From a virus (Duplodnaviria; Caudoviricetes): 64,000 nucleotides of DNA. The position numbers and the translations under genes were made by a program. The notes below the pieces were generated by a model. The model saw only the letters and a list, made by a program, of their open reading frames with translations, did no database searches and was not told the DNA's origin. Position 1 is the stretch's first letter. Every line of letters begins with the position of its first letter. This document shows, one piece after another, positions 60,012 to 64,000 of this stretch. The stretch lies in IMG/VR virus record IMGVR_UViG_3300011006_000010, positions 32,001 to 96,000 of that record. One strand, given 5' to 3'.

Positions 60012-60665
60012 TTACACATTTATAATGTCTTTTAAATACTTGCATTCATCTAACATGGTATCGCAAAAGTCATGCCACTCTTCTAACTTATGATTTTTTC
60101 TTTGTTTAATGATATTAATCAATGCCTGATAAGACATTTCATATGTTCTCTTTTGCATATATGACGATGGAAGAAGCTGAATCAGCGAATACCAGACATC
60201 TTTTTTAGTAGGATAACGTTCCGTAATGATATCAGCACAATCATCATAATTAACATACAGGGTTCTTAGATTTTCCAAATGGTAAATAAATGGATAGAAC
60301 CAATTATGTAAATCTTCTTCACTCATTTTGTCATGTGCAAAATCTTCGATATCGAATGGCTTCGACATGATTTTATGCATTGTTGATGTTGAGTTGCAAT
60401 TTACTCCAACTTTATATGTATCCATCTCCTTTAAAAGATAAAGAGGTGCAGTCATATCAAATGTGACTCTGATCATTCTCAGATACTTTGCATGTTCTGT
60501 TCCAGCTTTATATAATCGTCTAGCTAGATCCAAATCCTTTTCGCCTAATGTATCGTTTTCTAAATCTGAATCGCTTAATTTCCATGAGTTCATTGGATTC
60601 CTAGCTGCATATACAGCTCTTGCAACATTTGTCACTTTAATGTTCTCAATTTTAATTAGACTCAT
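60012..60665 (-). CDS. Divergent ThyX-like (FAD-dependent thymidylate synthase fold) protein
   Basis: 'H.KYLRMI.V', 'STSTMHK', 'LLP.SY', 'QR..HKL.EW'; canonical RHRx7S absent. Confidence 0.55.
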   Translation of the reverse strand: MSLIKIENIKVTNVARAVYAARNPMNSWKLSDSDLENDTLGEKDLDLARRLYKAGTEHAKYLRMIRVTFDMTAPLYLLKEMDTYKVGVNCNSTSTMHKIMSKPFDIEDFAHDKMSEEDLHNWFYPFIYHLENLRTLYVNYDDCADIITERYPTKKDVWYSLIQLLPSSYMQKRTYEMSYQALINIIKQRKNHKLEEWHDFCDTMLDECKYLKDIINV

Positions 60666-60678
60666 TTTTTCTCCTTTT

Positions 60679-61000
60679 GGATTGCCATCTTATCCTTGTC
60701 ATAGTCGTTAATAATTGGGAGGTATAAAATAGTAGCGTTTTGTCTTGGTTAAGTCGATTAGTTATAAAGATGAAAATAACTATTATGAATTAAATTCTAA
60801 CTATGGCAAGGACAAGACGACAATCCTTTTATACAACCTTCTTCCTACAAAACTGCTAACCAAGCTATTTTTTGATAGTACCCCCTAACTTTTTCAATGC
60901 CGACACATCAGCAGATTTATTTTTTTGGTTATACTATTCGGGAAAGGATAGCTGATGTATGATTGAAATCCTGATCAGCAGCTTGGTAAGAAGAAGGTTG
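60679..61000 (-). ncRNA. Two tandem highly structured RNA domains of unknown class
   Basis: 31-bp and 27-bp closing stems plus inner stems, with G-U pairs biased to the minus strand. Confidence 0.65.
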
Positions 61001-61007
61001 AAATAAC

Positions 61008-62603
61008 CTATTTAATCTTAAATTCGTTTGTAATTACTTGAAGATAATGTTTTCTTCCAAAATATCCTGACTGCAATGTGCCAATGCAATACAAGTCATC
61101 TCCAAACAATTCTGCATCTTGAGCAAATGCCTTCGTTTTATCTGACACATTCCAAATAATAAGTCTAACTTCGTCTTTCTGAACTGGAGAAAGATATAAA
61201 TGATTGCCTTTCCCCATTTCTCCAACAACGAAATCTGAAATATTTACTTTGAATTTTAAACTTTCAAAACCGTGTCCTGAAATATTGTCAGCTTTGCTGA
61301 CAATTTTAATCAAATCATCACTCAACTCTAATGCGTCAATTTCGGCATCGTAGCTTTCTTCAGTTGAGTATTGATACTCAACGAAGCATTCTTCTAGATA
61401 ATTTTTAAAATCTTGAATGTCATCTTTTGAAATGCTTCTTACACCAAAGCTATTTGGATGTCCTAAAAAATATCCGAATCCAGAATCCTCACATATCTGT
61501 CTCATGTCCTCTGTATTAATACTTCTGCACGATCCTGAGAAATATCCGTTTTTTTCTTTTAGGACAAATACTGGTCTTTGGTATTCTCCAAGAACCTTGT
61601 TTGCAATTAAACCACTTAGTCCAGAATCCTGGTCATCAATCATAACGAATATGATCTTGTCATCCTTTTGTTCTTCAAGTAGTTCTTTATTGGCTTTCAT
61701 TACATTAGAAACAATTGCGTCTTGCTTTTTCTTAAGACCATTAAATCCAGAAATATATTTCTTAATTTCCTGATCATTGTCTGTCAAGAAAGCTTCGACA
61801 GCCATTTTATTTTCATTCATTCGCTGACATGCATTAATCTTCGGAGCAACAGAGAACGATACTGCACGAGAGTTAAATCCAAATCCACCAACAATTTTTT
61901 TTAGAGTTTTATTTTTTAAATGGTCTAGTCCGTCTTTAATAAGAAATCTGTTTTCCATATATTTTTCAGAAACATCCATCATGTCTCCAAGCAAAGCACA
62001 GCAACAAAGATCTGCATATTGTTCTGCAAAATTAGTTTTCATTTCACTGTCTATATAATTTATAAATTTATAAACGACACCGCCACCTGAAAGCTGATCG
62101 TTTTCCGTTCCATAAGAACTTACTAATGTAATATAGTCTTCGTATGGTTCATCTCCAATATGATGGTGATCAAGAACAACAATCTCTTTGCCCATTTCAT
62201 ATAATTTTTTATAATTATCTATTACCGAATCTAATGAATCTACGATAATGGCAACATCAATATCTGTGCAAAATTCCACAAAACCTTTTGTCGTTCCGTG
62301 TATTTTGCCTTCGTTAATGTAATATGAAACATCGGCTCCCATATCTTTTAAATATCTGGTCATGATTGTTCCAGACATAATTCCATCTGTGTCAACGTCA
62401 TACAATACACCGAATCTTTTCTTATTTGCTACGCCATTGATCACAATATCACTAGCTTCTTTGATGTTAGGAAGAACGTCAAAGGGCAAAAGGTCTTCTT
62501 CCATAGGCTCTAAGAATGCATCGATATTTTTAATCCCCCTGTTTTTCAAAATTGTATTAACAATTTTTCTAGGCTCCATCCCAGAAACATCCAAGCTAAC
62601 CAT
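61008..62603 (-). CDS. recJ: RecJ-like DHH ssDNA exonuclease
   Basis: 'YDVDTDG', 'LDHH', 'PKINA..R', 'GSCRS', 'GH..SFG'. Confidence 0.88.
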   Translation of the reverse strand: MVSLDVSGMEPRKIVNTILKNRGIKNIDAFLEPMEEDLLPFDVLPNIKEASDIVINGVANKKRFGVLYDVDTDGIMSGTIMTRYLKDMGADVSYYINEGKIHGTTKGFVEFCTDIDVAIIVDSLDSVIDNYKKLYEMGKEIVVLDHHHIGDEPYEDYITLVSSYGTENDQLSGGGVVYKFINYIDSEMKTNFAEQYADLCCCALLGDMMDVSEKYMENRFLIKDGLDHLKNKTLKKIVGGFGFNSRAVSFSVAPKINACQRMNENKMAVEAFLTDNDQEIKKYISGFNGLKKKQDAIVSNVMKANKELLEEQKDDKIIFVMIDDQDSGLSGLIANKVLGEYQRPVFVLKEKNGYFSGSCRSINTEDMRQICEDSGFGYFLGHPNSFGVRSISKDDIQDFKNYLEECFVEYQYSTEESYDAEIDALELSDDLIKIVSKADNISGHGFESLKFKVNISDFVVGEMGKGNHLYLSPVQKDEVRLIIWNVSDKTKAFAQDAELFGDDLYCIGTLQSGYFGRKHYLQVITNEFKIK

Positions 62604-63606
62604 CTCCTTTATATGGTATTAATTTTTCATTGATTATTTTTTTGAACTCAATTTCTCCAAGATCAGTGGGTGAAATTTTGTTTGAATAATCAGAATCTTC
62701 CCAGTAATAAATATTGAATACCTTCATAATCCCACAAACTTTTAATAATCCCATATTCCTTTCGACAGTTTCATAATTCAGCCCTTCGTCCATCAGAAAT
62801 ATATAATTCTTTGCATTCAACGCCAGCAGCATTGAAGCTTGTTTTCTAGAAAGACTTGAACTGCCAAGCGCAACTATATTTCTTACTCCGAATGTGAATG
62901 CCTGCATACAAGATTTTTCACTTTCGACTATGTATACAGATTCGACACTTTCTAAATACTGATAACTCTCAAAATAGTTATAAAGCGTAGAACTCATTTG
63001 ACACGGTTCTATGTAATAGTATTTCTGCTCATCTTCTCTAGGAGTTCTATTTATCCTGGCTTTCAAACCAATGATTTCCCCTGTTTCATTTCTTATCGGA
63101 AATACGATTGCCTGACTTTCTACGTCGAAACATACTTTATAAAATTTCTGAGCCAGAATTGATATTCCGTCTCTCAAAAATCTTAGATTAGCATCATGAG
63201 AATATTTATCTAAAACGCTTTCATCTAGAATGCGACATCTATTTTCTTTTTTAACTCTTAAAGCACCATAGAAACTTCTAAAGCCACTTTGTTTATTTAT
63301 ATATGTATAATCATCAATGCCAAGAACATCTTTAGCAGCATTAATAACATCTTTAAAATCAACATGTCTTTGCAGTATTACAAAACTAAATATGTCTCTG
63401 ATCTGATTTCTTGCATAATCATGTACGAGTAAAGCATCATTATTTTTTAATCTTATGACAATGCTCTTAGGAGACGAAGTGATGTCACGCCCAAACGATA
63501 TGTATGTTTCGTGCACTTTGATATTCGCATATTCAAATTTTTCTAAATATTCGACAATCAGCTTAGGATTTTCTAAGAATTTAACCTTCATATCCTCAAG
63601 CATCAC
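62596..63606 (-). CDS. Phage DNA primase (TOPRIM)
   Basis: 'IVFPIRN..G.IIG.K.R', 'KY', 'VESEKS', 'ALG', 'MDEG'. Confidence 0.8.
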   Translation of the reverse strand: MMLEDMKVKFLENPKLIVEYLEKFEYANIKVHETYISFGRDITSSPKSIVIRLKNNDALLVHDYARNQIRDIFSFVILQRHVDFKDVINAAKDVLGIDDYTYINKQSGFRSFYGALRVKKENRCRILDESVLDKYSHDANLRFLRDGISILAQKFYKVCFDVESQAIVFPIRNETGEIIGLKARINRTPREDEQKYYYIEPCQMSSTLYNYFESYQYLESVESVYIVESEKSCMQAFTFGVRNIVALGSSSLSRKQASMLLALNAKNYIFLMDEGLNYETVERNMGLLKVCGIMKVFNIYYWEDSDYSNKISPTDLGEIEFKKIINEKLIPYKGDG

Positions 63607-63617
63607 ATCACCTCAAT

Positions 63618-64000
63618 TTAAATATTTCCATGTTTAGGTCTGCAATAAGCTACCTCTCTAAATAGAGCATGTGCTGGATCAAACTCAAGAAGAAAACCTT
63701 CTCCATTGCCACTATCATTTCCTGACCTGTTTTTATCTATAAACATCACACAATAGTTTTTTGTCATATCGGCGTCAAAATCCTCTTCTATCCATTTGCC
63801 ATTGTTATATTTTCTCCTAAAAGGATGACAGAAATTTTTAGATTTTGGATCAAGCTCAACATCATAAGCTCGCCTGATCATCAGTAGCAAGTTGCAGATT
63901 TCCTTTGTCGCCTTTGAATTCGACAATAATCCAGCATGCAAGTACAAGGTGCCTTTATAGGCTTCGCCAATTTGCTGCGTCATAAGAACAGCAATGTCAT
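63618..64000 (-). CDS. DnaB-like replicative helicase, C-terminal part
   Basis: 'TQQ', 'SNSK..KE', 'DKNRSG' SF4 motifs; upstream of primase; runs off the window. Confidence 0.7.
   Translation of the reverse strand, partial: DIAVLMTQQIGEAYKGTLYLHAGLLSNSKATKEICNLLLMIRRAYDVELDPKSKNFCHPFRRKYNNGKWIEEDFDADMTKNYCVMFIDKNRSGNDSGNGEGFLLEFDPAHALFREVAYCRPKHGNI

Noticed and set aside
60890-60985. Hammerhead ribozyme (CUGAUG..GAAA-like words)
   Set aside because: Both strands read CUGAUGU rather than CUGANGA, and these bases are taken up in a stem.
60834-61000. 6S RNA
   Set aside because: Size is similar, but the internal loop is highly asymmetric (about 1 versus 27 nt) instead of a central bubble; not fully excluded without a covariance-model search.
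1-64000. tRNA, rRNA and CRISPR arrays
   Set aside because: None recognised by eye in the few intergenic gaps; a tRNAscan/Infernal run would be needed to be certain.

Overview
This window is the middle of a large temperate tailed-phage genome (siphovirus-like, probably infecting an anaerobic Bacillota/Clostridia-type host), with no host chromosomal flank in view. The + strand (1-36.8 kb) carries the late region: tape measure, distal tail, a 2955-aa tail fibre, about 18 kb of further fibre/adhesin genes (LamG, H-type-lectin-like, three BspA-type LRR, CBM), then the lysis cassette (holin, GH25 endolysin) ending in a helveticin-J-like gene. The 36.8-42.7 kb segment is an accessory slot: a leaderless HExxH protease and a captured GC-richer defence cassette (R-M fusion, S subunit, HEPN/Abi_C). 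That cassette sits inside the fossil ends of an older EcoRI-type methylase/HNH operon, next to an apparently intact attP and a Tn916-type tyrosine integrase. The - strand (43.9-64 kb) carries early, replication and nucleotide-metabolism genes: gmk, dut, nrdG, nrdD (split by a group IA2-type intron with a GIY-YIG endonuclease), glutaredoxin, dnaE, ThyX-like, RecJ, primase and DnaB. The best candidates for undescribed biology are a pair of strongly structured minus-strand RNAs between recJ and thyX, the R-M cassette swap, a putative plug-and-socket multi-gene fibre, a lysis-coupled bacteriocin-like gene and an unannotated hyper-acidic 35-aa peptide. Family assignments come from motif recognition by eye; no database searches were run.
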